A DNA stretch of 43,221 nucleotides from Thermodesulfobacterium geofontis (GCA_002877985.1 PNIK01000015.1:1-43221); one strand, 5' to 3'. Counted from the stretch's first letter, positions 1 through 9,800 are shown. Program-made: numbers and translations. Notes: generated by a model not told the origin, from the letters alone.

Positions 1-908
1 TTCGGAATCACTTCCTTAATGTAGTGATTATCATTATTCAAAGCAACCGGGATAGCATATTGTAAAGGATGAGGAGCACAAAGACGTGTTCTTGCTAATT
101 TGTGAATGGCATCTATATAATCTATCAATAACTCTTTAGGACCAGAAACAATACCCCAACCTATTCTAAATCCAGGAGCAAAATAATTTTTGGAAAGTCC
201 ATTAAAAGTAACCATAGGAATTTCATCACTTAAAGAGGCAATAGAAATATGTTTTATGTTATCTTCCAGTATATATTGATCATAAATTTCATCTGAAAAG
301 ATTACTAAATTATATTTTTTAGCTATTTCTACTATTTTTTCTAAAATTTCTTTAGAATAAATTGCACCTGTAGGATTATTGGGATTTATAATTACAATAG
401 CTTTGGTTTTTTTATCTATTAGGGGTTCAATGCTATCAATATCTGGTTCCCAGTTCTTGTCTTCATTTAAATAATAATATCTTGGTTCTATTCTAAATTT
501 GGAAACAATAGCCTGGTATAGAGGATAACAAGGACAAGGAAGCAAAATATTTTCTTCAGAATTAATCAAAGCTGATATGGCAAATTCTATAGCTTCCGTT
601 GCTCCTTGAGTAATATAAATATCAACAGGCTTTATACCTTTTTTAATAGCATATGCCTTTATTGCTTCGATAGCTTCTGGAATACCAGAAGATTCAGAAT
701 AAAAGTTATAATTTTCTTGCAAGGCTTTACAAACTGCAGATATTACAGAATCAGGCGTTTTAAATCCACATTTTACAGGATCACCAATATTTAAATAAAT
801 TAAATCTTTTCCTCGTTTTTTTGCCTCCTGAGAAGCCTCTACTATATCTCTTATAGCATATTCTACTTGAAGTGTCCTAAAAGCTGGCTTAATCTTATTT
901 TGTTTCAT
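1..908 (-). CDS. PLP-dependent class I/II aminotransferase (AlaA/aspartate aminotransferase-like), 3' end runs off the window
   Basis: Absent from the ORF track because it is partial. Translated by hand from ATG at 908: MKQNKIKPAFRTLQVEYAIRDIV...LNIGDP...INPNNPTGAIYS...SDEIYD...NGLSKNYFAPGFRIGW. The NPNNPTG, DEIY and SK-x5-G-x-R-x-G motifs are class I aminotransferase signatures. Confidence 0.93.
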   Translation of the reverse strand, partial: MKQNKIKPAFRTLQVEYAIRDIVEASQEAKKRGKDLIYLNIGDPVKCGFKTPDSVISAVCKALQENYNFYSESSGIPEAIEAIKAYAIKKGIKPVDIYITQGATEAIEFAISALINSEENILLPCPCYPLYQAIVSKFRIEPRYYYLNEDKNWEPDIDSIEPLIDKKTKAIVIINPNNPTGAIYSKEILEKIVEIAKKYNLVIFSDEIYDQYILEDNIKHISIASLSDEIPMVTFNGLSKNYFAPGFRIGWGIVSGPKELLIDYIDAIHKLARTRLCAPHPLQYAIPVALNNDNHYIKEVIP

Positions 909-1063
909 TTATATCAAACCCCTTTTTAGAATGTTAAAAATTTATAATTCTCCTAAAAATTTATTTGTCAATCCCCTTAAACGATTATTTTTAAGATTTT
1001 TACTTACTTGATTTTACCAAAATATCTATTAGATTTAAAGATTATAGTAAATTGGAGGAACAT

Positions 1064-2866
1064 ATGCTCAAATACAAGCCTTTTAAAAAATTATGTATTC
1101 TGCAAGAAACAGAAGAACCTAATTTATTAAAAGATTTTTTTCCCTATGTGGAACCTCCGAGAATTTTTTTTGATGGAAAGTATATACCACCTCAACCTGC
1201 CAAAAAATTTTATATTACTGATACCACTTTTAGAGATGGTCAACAAGCAAGAGTTCCTTACACCCCTGAACAAATAGAAACTCTTTATAAATTTTTACAT
1301 AAATTAAGTGGACCCAATGGAATAATAAGAAAAACTGAATTTTTCCTATACACCAATAAAGATAGAGAAGCTTTAGAAAGGTGTCTTTCTTTAGGATATA
1401 AATACCCAGAAATTACAGGCTGGATAAGAGCAAAAAAAGAAGACTTAAAACTTGTTAAAGAAGTAGGCCTTAAAGAAACAGGTATTCTTACCTCCTGTTC
1501 AGACTATCATATTTTTTTAAAACTTAAAAAAACAAGAAAAGAAGCTTTAGAAGATTATCTTGCCATAGTTAAAGAAGCTCTCTCCTTGGGAATAAGACCA
1601 AGATGTCATTTTGAGGATATAACCCGTGCAGATATTTATGGATTTGTTATTCCCTTTGCTATAGAACTTATGAAATTAAGAGAAGAAAGCGGAATAGACA
1701 TAAAAATAAGACTTTGTGACACTTTGGGAGTAGCTGTTCCTTTCTCCGAAGCTTGTTTACCCATAAGTGTTCCTAAATTAGTTAGAGCTTTAATAGAAGA
1801 AGCTGGAGTCCCAGAAGAACTTCTTGAATGGCATGGACATAATGATTTTTATAGAGCAGTTATTAATGCCACTACTGCTTGGTTGTATGGATGTACTTAT
1901 GTAAATACTTCTTTACTTGGAATAGGAGAAAGAACAGGAAATACCCCATTAGAAGCTATGGTCTTTGAATACATATGCCTAAGAGGAACTAATGACGGAA
2001 TGGATACCACAGTAATTACGGATATAGTAAATTATTATAAAAATGTTTTACATGAAAAGATACCTATTAGACAGCCCTTTGTAGGTGAGGAATTCAATGC
2101 TACAAAAGCAGGTATTCATATTGATGGGATTATAAAAAATGAAGAGATTTACAATCCCTTTGATACTTTAAAACTTCTTAAAAGACCTATTCAAATTATT
2201 ATTACAGATAAAAGTGGAACTGCAGGAATTGCCTACTGGATAAATATCCACTTTGGGCTCGAAGGAGATAAAAAAATTGATAAAAGACATCCAGGTGTGG
2301 CAAAAATTTATAAAAAGGTTCTTGAAGAATACGAAAAAGGAAGAATTACACCTATTTCTAATGAAGAAATGCTCTCCTATGTGAGAAAATATATTCCAGA
2401 ACTTTTTGTATCGGAATTGGATCATTTAAGAGATTATGTAATTGATCTTATGACCAAATATATAGAAGATTTAGCTCAAGATCCTTCTATAGTTTCCTTA
2501 GATTCCCAGAAAATAAAAGGAGTTTTAAAGAAATTTTTGGAAGACCATCCCTATGTACAATTTATCTATGTTGTAAACACCGAAGGAAAACCTATAATAG
2601 GACTTACTAACGATTTTGAATATGTTAAAAAATTTAGTGAACTTTTAAATACTGAGACCTTTGAAAACAGGGATTGGTTTGTAAATCCCATGAAAACTGG
2701 AAAAATCTATACTTCTAAATTCTATACCTCAAGAATTACTTCTAACCTTTGTATCACCATATCAACTCCTATAAGAAATGAATATGAAGAAATAATTGGT
2801 ATCCTTGGAATGGATATTAGATTTGAGGATGTGGTAAAAATGGAAGAAGGTTCTCATGAAGTATAA
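1064..2866 (+). CDS. Re-citrate synthase-like DRE-TIM metallolyase (LeuA family) with C-terminal Cache/PDC-like domain
   Basis: Motifs DTTFRDGQQ, HFEDITRAD, HGHNDF and GERTGN match the DRE-TIM Re-citrate synthase subfamily. The C-terminal RDWF...IYTSKFYTSRITSNLCITISTPI...GILGMDI is Cache-like. Start moved from TTG 1052 to ATG 1064 because GGAGG lies at 1054-1058. Confidence 0.8.
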   Translation: MLKYKPFKKLCILQETEEPNLLKDFFPYVEPPRIFFDGKYIPPQPAKKFYITDTTFRDGQQARVPYTPEQIETLYKFLHKLSGPNGIIRKTEFFLYTNKDREALERCLSLGYKYPEITGWIRAKKEDLKLVKEVGLKETGILTSCSDYHIFLKLKKTRKEALEDYLAIVKEALSLGIRPRCHFEDITRADIYGFVIPFAIELMKLREESGIDIKIRLCDTLGVAVPFSEACLPISVPKLVRALIEEAGVPEELLEWHGHNDFYRAVINATTAWLYGCTYVNTSLLGIGERTGNTPLEAMVFEYICLRGTNDGMDTTVITDIVNYYKNVLHEKIPIRQPFVGEEFNATKAGIHIDGIIKNEEIYNPFDTLKLLKRPIQIIITDKSGTAGIAYWINIHFGLEGDKKIDKRHPGVAKIYKKVLEEYEKGRITPISNEEMLSYVRKYIPELFVSELDHLRDYVIDLMTKYIEDLAQDPSIVSLDSQKIKGVLKKFLEDHPYVQFIYVVNTEGKPIIGLTNDFEYVKKFSELLNTETFENRDWFVNPMKTGKIYTSKFYTSRITSNLCITISTPIRNEYEEIIGILGMDIRFEDVVKMEEGSHEV

Positions 2867-4079
2867 AATTTTCTATCTCCTTTTGTTTTTTTTAATTTCT
2901 TCAAAAATTTCTTTATGTGAGGAAGTACCCACTATTACAGTAGAACCGATTTCTTTCAGTAAAACCATAATAAGAATTCCTGATTTTGAGGGAGATAAGG
3001 AACTTTCCACTCAACTCACTCCCCTTTTAAGAAAGCTTTTAAATTATCATTTATTTGTTTTAGCTTTAAAAAATCCTCCTCTTCCTAATTATCCCTCTAA
3101 AGAGTATTACTTAGTAGGGAATATAGCAAAAAATGGAAATGAAATATCTATTAAAGCTGAATTAAGAGATACTTTAGAAAATAAAGTTTTAAATGTTTAT
3201 AAAATTTCGGGATCTTCAAATTATCCTCAAACTTTGATTTATGCACTTTGTGACAAATTAATAGAAAGTATTTCCCGTTACAAAGGGGTTGCCTTTACCA
3301 AAATAGTCTTTGTAAAAAGAACCTCAAGAGGGGATAAGCTTTATATAGCTGATTTCTCAAAGGAAAATCCTCGTCTTTTAAGGACTGCAGATCTTATTCT
3401 TTTCCCAAAATTTTCTAAAAGTGGAAACAAACTTGCCTATCTTGTTTATGAAGAAAATAAGTATTTTTTGGAAATTTACAATTTAAAAAATTCAACTAAG
3501 GAAAAGTTCCCTCTAAAGGGTATCTGTTCCACTCCAGTATGGTTTCCCGATGAAAAAGAGCTAGCTATTACTATAGAAGAAGGACAAGAGATAGCTCTCT
3601 ATCGTTTTAATATAGAAACAAAGGAGTTAAATCTTTTAATTAAAACAAGAGGAATCTTACAAGCAGGAAGTATTTCTCCAGAAGGGTCTTTTTTAGCTTA
3701 TGTATATGGAGAAAGAGCAGGAAATCCTCAAATTTATCTCTTAGATTTAAAAACTTTAAAAACTTACAAAATCCCTCAAAAAAGAATTTACAATACCTCT
3801 CCCAGATTTTCTCCGCAAGGAGAATTCCTTCTTTTTCTTTCAAAAAGTGGTGGTATTTCCTTAATAACTCTTTATAATTTAAAAACAAAAGAACAAAAAG
3901 AGATTAAATTTTTAGGAGGTCTTGAGGATCCAACTTTTTCCCCTACAGGAGATTATATTCTTGCTTTTGGAAATGGAAAAGATGGAAAGGGAATATATTT
4001 AATTCATCTTGATTCTTCACTTACTTATCTATATCTTCCAGGAAGTAACTTTATCTTTCCTGACTGGGCTGAATTATAA
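2856..4079 (+). CDS. tolB: TolB-like periplasmic beta-propeller protein
   Basis: Signal peptide, TolB-N-like region (IRIPDF...KGVAFTKIVFV), and repeated PD40-type blades (PKFSKSG, PVWFPD, SPEG, PRFSPQG, PTFSPTG, PDW). Overlaps the upstream gene by 11 nt. Confidence 0.8.
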   Translation: MKYKIFYLLLFFLISSKISLCEEVPTITVEPISFSKTIIRIPDFEGDKELSTQLTPLLRKLLNYHLFVLALKNPPLPNYPSKEYYLVGNIAKNGNEISIKAELRDTLENKVLNVYKISGSSNYPQTLIYALCDKLIESISRYKGVAFTKIVFVKRTSRGDKLYIADFSKENPRLLRTADLILFPKFSKSGNKLAYLVYEENKYFLEIYNLKNSTKEKFPLKGICSTPVWFPDEKELAITIEEGQEIALYRFNIETKELNLLIKTRGILQAGSISPEGSFLAYVYGERAGNPQIYLLDLKTLKTYKIPQKRIYNTSPRFSPQGEFLLFLSKSGGISLITLYNLKTKEQKEIKFLGGLEDPTFSPTGDYILAFGNGKDGKGIYLIHLDSSLTYLYLPGSNFIFPDWAEL

Positions 4080-5015
4080 ATACTTTGCCAAGCTTAAATC
4101 ACTTATCATAGCAGTTGCCCTCAAAGCTGCATCATAGGCTATGGTAAGACTCTGAAGTTTTGTTACCAATTCTGCAAGATCAGCACTTTCTACATTACCC
4201 AAATTGGTTTCCAAAGTTTGTCTAAAATCTTGATAGAGATTTTTCTTAGTTTCTAAGTGAGAAATCTGAGAACCAATTCCCCCCCTTTCAGCAGAAATGT
4301 AATTATAAATATTATCAAGCTTTCCTATAAATTCTTGAATGTTATACTGTTCTTTTTTATAATCAATATTATTATTAGCTTGAAGAGTCCTTTTTAAAGC
4401 AAAAAGAGTTTCAAAAAGTCCAGAATCCATAAAAATTTCTTGACCATTTTTTCCTAGAGTAATTGCCATATCTTTGTCATATCCTATTTCTAAATCTTCA
4501 ACAGAACCATTATAAATAATTTTCTCTATTATCTCTCCATCAGGCAAAGTCTCTCTTATTATTTCAAAAGGTTTTTCCCCTGGAGAATATCCGCTTGTTT
4601 TTTTACCAGCAAAAAGATATTTTTCTCCAAGTTGAGAATTGGCAAGGGAAAGGATAACTGAAATTATACCATCTATTTCATTCGCAATTGCTTGTCTTGA
4701 TTGAGCATTCTGAGTATCGTTTGCTGCCTGAATAGCGAGTACCTTTGCTCTGGCAATTAAATCCTGAACATTCCCCAATGTTGATTCCTGAGATTTTAAA
4801 ATACTTAGGCCATCATCTATAGCTTTTTGATATTTTTCTATATTGGAAATTCCTTGTTTATAATTAAGACTTACAACAACTGAAGAAGGATCATCTGAAG
4901 GACGAGTAAAATTTTTTCCTGAGGAAATTTTAAGCTGAATGAGATTTATCTCTGAAGAAAGACGATTTAAATCTGCTAAAATGCTTCTAAACTTTGTATT
5001 AAACCCTATCCTCAT
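4074..5015 (-). CDS. flgL: Flagellar hook-associated protein 3
   Basis: Flagellin-like N-terminus (ISSGKNFTRPSDDP, YLFAG) and C-terminal SLAKYL; lies directly after flgK. Confidence 0.93.
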   Translation of the reverse strand: MRIGFNTKFRSILADLNRLSSEINLIQLKISSGKNFTRPSDDPSSVVVSLNYKQGISNIEKYQKAIDDGLSILKSQESTLGNVQDLIARAKVLAIQAANDTQNAQSRQAIANEIDGIISVILSLANSQLGEKYLFAGKKTSGYSPGEKPFEIIRETLPDGEIIEKIIYNGSVEDLEIGYDKDMAITLGKNGQEIFMDSGLFETLFALKRTLQANNNIDYKKEQYNIQEFIGKLDNIYNYISAERGGIGSQISHLETKKNLYQDFRQTLETNLGNVESADLAELVTKLQSLTIAYDAALRATAMISDLSLAKYL

Positions 5016-5030
5016 TTTTTACCTCTTTAA

Positions 5031-7940
5031 TTATCTTTTTGCATTAAGCAAGGTTTCAAACATATCCTCAACCGTGGTTAAAATCTTAGCAGAAGCCACA
5101 AAAGCCTGCTGATACTTTATTAAATTTGCCATCTCTTCATCTAAAGAAACACCAGATATGCTCTCTTTTATACTTTTTAGCTGAGAAAGAAGAGTTTCTA
5201 AGAAGTTTTTACTATCTTTAACAGATTGAGTTGCAGAACCTACTTCTCCGACTATACTGGAATAATAATCCTGAAGGGTTGAGTAGTTTAAAGAAGGTCT
5301 TGTTACTGTTGCAGAATCTGCAATAGCCTGAGCAGTTCTGTTATCTCCTCTATCAAGTGTATATCCTCTAAGGGTATTTATAAAGCTATAATTATAAGGT
5401 GCCTGGTTATAGGTTATCCCATCGTATAATTCGTCCTGAATAATAAAAGTTTTTGTCTTATAAAGTCCTGTTGTTTCAATAATTAGTCTTCCGTTTCTGT
5501 CAAGACGAGCAGAAAGTCCATATTTTGCATTTTCAGCGGAATTTATCTCTTTTAAAAGAGAAAAAATGGTCCCCCCATTTGCTATTATCTGATCAAGATT
5601 TATTCTAAAAGGCTCATTATTTATAAGATCCCCACTTTTATCAAAAAGATAAAAAGAAAGGAAATCGGTCTTTGTAGGATTAAAATTAAATCCTTCAAAA
5701 CCCGTTATTACCCTTTCTTCTTTACTTCCATTCCATCTAAAGGTAGGAATATACATAGCTTCGTTTTTTAATAAATCAACAAAGCTGTTTCCTGAACCTC
5801 CATAATTTTCTCCTATCTCAAATCCATAAACTATTGTTTGATTGGGTTCAAGGACTAAAACCATCTTTCCATCGGTATCTATATAGGCTCTCAGAAAGGG
5901 AAGATTATTTAATTTATTGAGAATTTCTTGCAAACTGTCAGAGGAATTTACATCTATTTCGTAGGCATTTAAAGTGCTATTCCAAGCTATTCCCTGATCT
6001 ATTAAATCAACAGGAGGAGATTTTATTACATTCCCCTTATTATCATAAAGTCTTATATAGAGTTTACTAATATCAAAAGTTTGAGAAGGATCAACTGTTC
6101 CAGAGCTTTTAAATATCCCAAAAAGTGGTTTTTCACTTCTAAAAGCGGTTAAATCCATTCTTCCTGAGGCTATCAATTCTGGTTTTGTAGCAAGTAGCTG
6201 GTTTACTCGAAAATTAGCTGGATCTGAACCTACAAAAAAGATATTAATTCCGGTTGCTAAAAGTATCCCTGAGGTATCATTGGAAAAGGCAAAAGAATAT
6301 CCATCTTGAGCTTGAAAAACAAGCCTCCCATTCCTCACCAAAGCTCTTACATCATTAGCAGTACCAAAACCTACTTCTCTTAAGGTCGAATTTATTTTAT
6401 CTACTAAATCATTTAAAATTGCATTTACATTTAATCCTTCTAAAGATACTTTAACAGGGGTTATTTTGCCTGTAGGATCTTTAACCCAGATATAGAAAAA
6501 ACCCGTAAGCCCTGTGCCATCAGGAGTTTTTGAAAGATTCAAAAAATAAGGAAGTTCTTTAATATACTGATTTACCCAGTAGGCTCCTTCTAATTCCTTT
6601 TCGTAAAAAACCAAACCCACTCCCTGAGTATGGAGTTCATTTACTGCTTTGATAAGCTCTTCTCCAAAAAGCTTAAGTCTTCCTGCAAGATTAAGCTCGG
6701 TTACTCTTCTCTGATAGATGGGATCATCAAAGGAACCAAAATTTATTTTAGATGGGTCTGGAGAGGTTATAGAAAAACTAAGTTTTCCAGGACCTCTATA
6801 TTTATCTTCAATAAATAATCTTCCGTCTTTAATATAGGCTTCTACTGTATAGTTAAAAGCTGATTCTATGGCATCAAGCAAATCCCTCACAGTGCTTCCT
6901 GAAGAAACGGTAAAGCTTCCTGATATATTATTTCCAAAGTGATCAGTTCCAGAAAAACCAAAAGTATCTCCTACAAAAAGACCAAAATCGCTTACAAAAT
7001 TATCGCTTTCCCCTATTAATTTTCCTGAATTATTAAAAACAACTTTATTTCCTGAAACATATTCGTAGTTAAATTCATCTGAAAGTTGTTCTAAAAGTCT
7101 TAACCATCCCCCTAATTCCCCTGAACTTACTTCTTTACTGGTTAAGGGTATTTTTTCTCCCTTTGTACTAACCCAATAAATATCAGTTCCTGAGACCTCA
7201 AGTTTCCATGTTCTTCCTAAATCAACTAAATTAAAGCCTTTCCCAAGAACTATATTATAAGCTCCTTCTTTGGTTTCAAAGTATTGAATGGAGGCAAGTT
7301 GAGATAACTCACCTATAAGTTTATCTCTCTGGTCTCTCAAGTCATTGGCTGATTTCCCCCCTGTTTCCATAGCTGAAATCTGTAAATTTAATTGGGCAAT
7401 TTGAGAACTTAAAGTATTTATTCTATCCACAATGGTTTTTAATTTAAGTCCAATCTGGGTTTCCAGATCCTGTAAACCTTTAAATTTAGCTTCCAAAGCT
7501 TCAACAATAAGTTTTCCAGTTTCTATTATCTGAGTTCTTGCAGAAAGATTTTCAGGATAATTAGAAAGATTTTGCCAGGCTGTCCAAAAATTTTGTAATA
7601 TCTGCACAAGACCGCTTTCATTTACAACTTCATTAAAAAAGGTCTCTAAAATGGTCATTCCTGTTTCTTCCGCTAAAAAAAGTCCATAGTCTGTTCTTTT
7701 TAAATTGATATTTTTCTCCAAAAAGGCATCAAAATAACGCTGGATCATTTCTATCTTTACACCACTTCCAATAGGACCTACAGGAGAGGGACTCGAAGGA
7801 TAGGTAGTTTCTATAGGTTTTTGTCTGCAGTAGGCTTCATTACTTACATTAGCTACATTATGGCTGACTACTTGGGTGGCAGTTTGAAAGGTAAGTAAGG
7901 CATTTTTTGCTATATTTAGAGCTGCTGTTAGTCCTGCCAT
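5031..7940 (-). CDS. flgK: Flagellar hook-associated protein 1, unusually long (969 aa)
   Basis: N-terminal SHNVANVSNEAYCRQ and ANDLRDQRD; C-terminal SGVSLDEEMANLIKYQQAF. Confidence 0.95.
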   Translation of the reverse strand: MAGLTAALNIAKNALLTFQTATQVVSHNVANVSNEAYCRQKPIETTYPSSPSPVGPIGSGVKIEMIQRYFDAFLEKNINLKRTDYGLFLAEETGMTILETFFNEVVNESGLVQILQNFWTAWQNLSNYPENLSARTQIIETGKLIVEALEAKFKGLQDLETQIGLKLKTIVDRINTLSSQIAQLNLQISAMETGGKSANDLRDQRDKLIGELSQLASIQYFETKEGAYNIVLGKGFNLVDLGRTWKLEVSGTDIYWVSTKGEKIPLTSKEVSSGELGGWLRLLEQLSDEFNYEYVSGNKVVFNNSGKLIGESDNFVSDFGLFVGDTFGFSGTDHFGNNISGSFTVSSGSTVRDLLDAIESAFNYTVEAYIKDGRLFIEDKYRGPGKLSFSITSPDPSKINFGSFDDPIYQRRVTELNLAGRLKLFGEELIKAVNELHTQGVGLVFYEKELEGAYWVNQYIKELPYFLNLSKTPDGTGLTGFFYIWVKDPTGKITPVKVSLEGLNVNAILNDLVDKINSTLREVGFGTANDVRALVRNGRLVFQAQDGYSFAFSNDTSGILLATGINIFFVGSDPANFRVNQLLATKPELIASGRMDLTAFRSEKPLFGIFKSSGTVDPSQTFDISKLYIRLYDNKGNVIKSPPVDLIDQGIAWNSTLNAYEIDVNSSDSLQEILNKLNNLPFLRAYIDTDGKMVLVLEPNQTIVYGFEIGENYGGSGNSFVDLLKNEAMYIPTFRWNGSKEERVITGFEGFNFNPTKTDFLSFYLFDKSGDLINNEPFRINLDQIIANGGTIFSLLKEINSAENAKYGLSARLDRNGRLIIETTGLYKTKTFIIQDELYDGITYNQAPYNYSFINTLRGYTLDRGDNRTAQAIADSATVTRPSLNYSTLQDYYSSIVGEVGSATQSVKDSKNFLETLLSQLKSIKESISGVSLDEEMANLIKYQQAFVASAKILTTVEDMFETLLNAKR

Positions 7941-7943
7941 AAT

Positions 7944-8273
7944 CTATGCTGACTTAGAAATAATTTGAGGATTCATTTTTACAACCCTTTTTCCATAAAA
8001 CTCTCTTTCATAAAGGATTTGAGTCAAAAATCTGTAAGCTTCTTCAACGAAATTAAGTCCTGCCTCAATGATTTTTTTATTTCTCTCGTTAATATGAATT
8101 ATTTCCTTTAAAATTTCTTCTTCTTCAGGGGTAAGCTCTTGACCCCTTAAATAATTCGCAATTCTTGCTTTATAAGATGCCCATCTTAAGATTTCTTCAA
8201 CTGCACCATTTATAAGTGCGTCTTTTTCTTTTTCTAAAACTTCCTTTAATTCAAGAAGCTCTTTTCTTACCAT
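7944..8273 (-). CDS. flgN: FlgN-like flagellar export chaperone
   Basis: 109-aa helical protein (LEKEKDALI...INERNKKII) directly upstream of flgK; SD GGAGG. Call rests on synteny plus weak motif similarity. Confidence 0.72.
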   Translation of the reverse strand: MVRKELLELKEVLEKEKDALINGAVEEILRWASYKARIANYLRGQELTPEEEEILKEIIHINERNKKIIEAGLNFVEEAYRFLTQILYEREFYGKRVVKMNPQIISKSA

Positions 8274-8291
8274 AAATTTTTTCCTCCTTCT

Positions 8292-8615
8292 TTATTTATT
8301 ATCGGCATTATTGATTCTATATTTAAAATGGGCATTCTTTAAAAGGCTTCCATATAAATAATCGCCTAAGCTACCCGGTCTTCCTGAAACTGCCCGGGCT
8401 ATTTCCTGATAAAGATAGTCTTGAAAAATTTTTCTTTCTAAAGTTTCAGGAAAGAAATTACTTTTAATAATAGTATCATCAAGTCCTTTTAAAATTTCAT
8501 ACCAAATTAGGGATTCAAACTCTGAGCAAACTCTTTTTAAAGCAGTTTTTGGATCTTTTTTACTTAAATTGATAAGTTCACTTAAATTCTGATAATAGAT
8601 TCCATAATTTTTCAT
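8292..8615 (-). CDS. flgJ: Short FlgJ (rod-binding domain only, no muramidase)
   Basis: LKRVCSEFESLIWYEILKGL...IFQDYLYQEIA...LGDYLY matches the rod-binding pattern; follows flgI. Confidence 0.8.
   Translation of the reverse strand: MKNYGIYYQNLSELINLSKKDPKTALKRVCSEFESLIWYEILKGLDDTIIKSNFFPETLERKIFQDYLYQEIARAVSGRPGSLGDYLYGSLLKNAHFKYRINNADNK
8299..8325 (-). promoter_or_regulatory. Sigma28 (FliA) promoter for flgN-flgK-flgL, inside the 3' end of flgJ
   Basis: Minus strand reads TAAA-tatagaatcaataat(15 nt)-GCCGATAA, an exact match to the TAAA-N15-GCCGATAA consensus. Confidence 0.88.
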
Positions 8616-8627
8616 AGTTGACTCCTC

Positions 8628-9788
8628 TTAAATAATTATCAATTCAGCTTGTAAAGCACCTGCTGCTTTTATAGCCTGCAAAATAGAAATAAGTTCTGTA
8701 GCTGTTGCTCCAACTGCATTAAGTGCTCTTACCAACTCTCCAAGTGTTGCTCCTTCTTCTAAAATAACAACCTTAGCCTTTTTTTCCTTTGCAGTTATCT
8801 CTGTTCTTGGGACTACTACTGTTTCTCCTGGAGAAAAGGGATAGGGTTGGTATACTTCAGGGTATTCTCTAACTTCTATGCTTATATTTCCGTGAGCTAT
8901 AGCCACTTTAGAAATTCTAACATTTTCTCCTATTACCACTGTGCCTGTTCTCTCATCAATAACCACCTTTGCTGGTGTATCTGGTGAAATTTCTATGTTT
9001 TCAAGCTCAGCCAAAAGTTTTACTTCTTTATCTTTGTAGATGGGAGGAATTATAAGTTCAATATTGCGGTTATCTTTTGGTTGAGCATAATTTCCTTTTA
9101 AGTAAATATTAATAGCTTCAGCAACTTTATAAGCTGTTGAAAAATCAGGTTCCTTTAAAGATAAAGTTATCCTTGGTGAAAAATCCATCTCTTCTTTTTT
9201 GATTATTCTTTCAATTTCTTCAGGAGTTCCTTGAGGCAAAACATTGGGTTTTAAACCATTCTCTACAGGTCTTTCTACTATTGCACCATTTGGAATCTTT
9301 CCTGCTGTGGGGTGGGCTGTTTGTATCCTTGCACCAACTCCTTCTGCTGCAATTCCTCCGAGAGAGATAGGACCCTGAGCAAGGGCATAAACTTTTCCAT
9401 CTGGGCCTAAAAGTGGAGTCAAAAGAAGTGTCCCACCTTGCAAACTTTTAGCATCACCAAGGGAAGAAACCTCAACATCTATTCTCTGACCAGGCATAGC
9501 AAAAGGAGGAAGATAAGCTGTAACAAGAACTGCAGCTACATTTTTAAGAATGATCTGCTCTTTAGGAACTTTTATTCCAAATCTTTCAAGCATATTTACT
9601 ACTGATTGAACTGTAAATTTACTCAATACACCATCTCCTGTTCCTTTAAGTCCAACTACAAGCCCATATCCTATTAAATAATTTCCCCTTACTCCCTCTA
9701 TATCAACTATATCCTTAAGCCTTGCACAATAACCTGAAGCAGTCAAAAAAAAACTTAAAATTAAAAAAAATATTTTTAGGTTTCTCAT
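8628..9788 (-). CDS. flgI: Flagellar P-ring protein
   Basis: RLKDIVDIEGVRGNYLIGYGLVVGLKGTGD, KNVAAV, DAKSLQGGTLL, AKVVIDERTGTVV. Confidence 0.97.
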   Translation of the reverse strand: MRNLKIFFLILSFFLTASGYCARLKDIVDIEGVRGNYLIGYGLVVGLKGTGDGVLSKFTVQSVVNMLERFGIKVPKEQIILKNVAAVLVTAYLPPFAMPGQRIDVEVSSLGDAKSLQGGTLLLTPLLGPDGKVYALAQGPISLGGIAAEGVGARIQTAHPTAGKIPNGAIVERPVENGLKPNVLPQGTPEEIERIIKKEEMDFSPRITLSLKEPDFSTAYKVAEAINIYLKGNYAQPKDNRNIELIIPPIYKDKEVKLLAELENIEISPDTPAKVVIDERTGTVVIGENVRISKVAIAHGNISIEVREYPEVYQPYPFSPGETVVVPRTEITAKEKKAKVVILEEGATLGELVRALNAVGATATELISILQAIKAAGALQAELIII

Positions 9789-9800
9789 TTTCCTATCCTC

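Noticed and set aside
606-794. 62-aa plus-strand ORF
   Set aside because: It is the antisense shadow of the real minus-strand aminotransferase.
9745-9770. A/T homopolymers at the 5' ends of flgI, flgH and bamA as phase-variation tracts
   Set aside because: They encode Phe/Leu-rich signal peptides, the frames are intact, and such runs are expected in an AT-rich genome.
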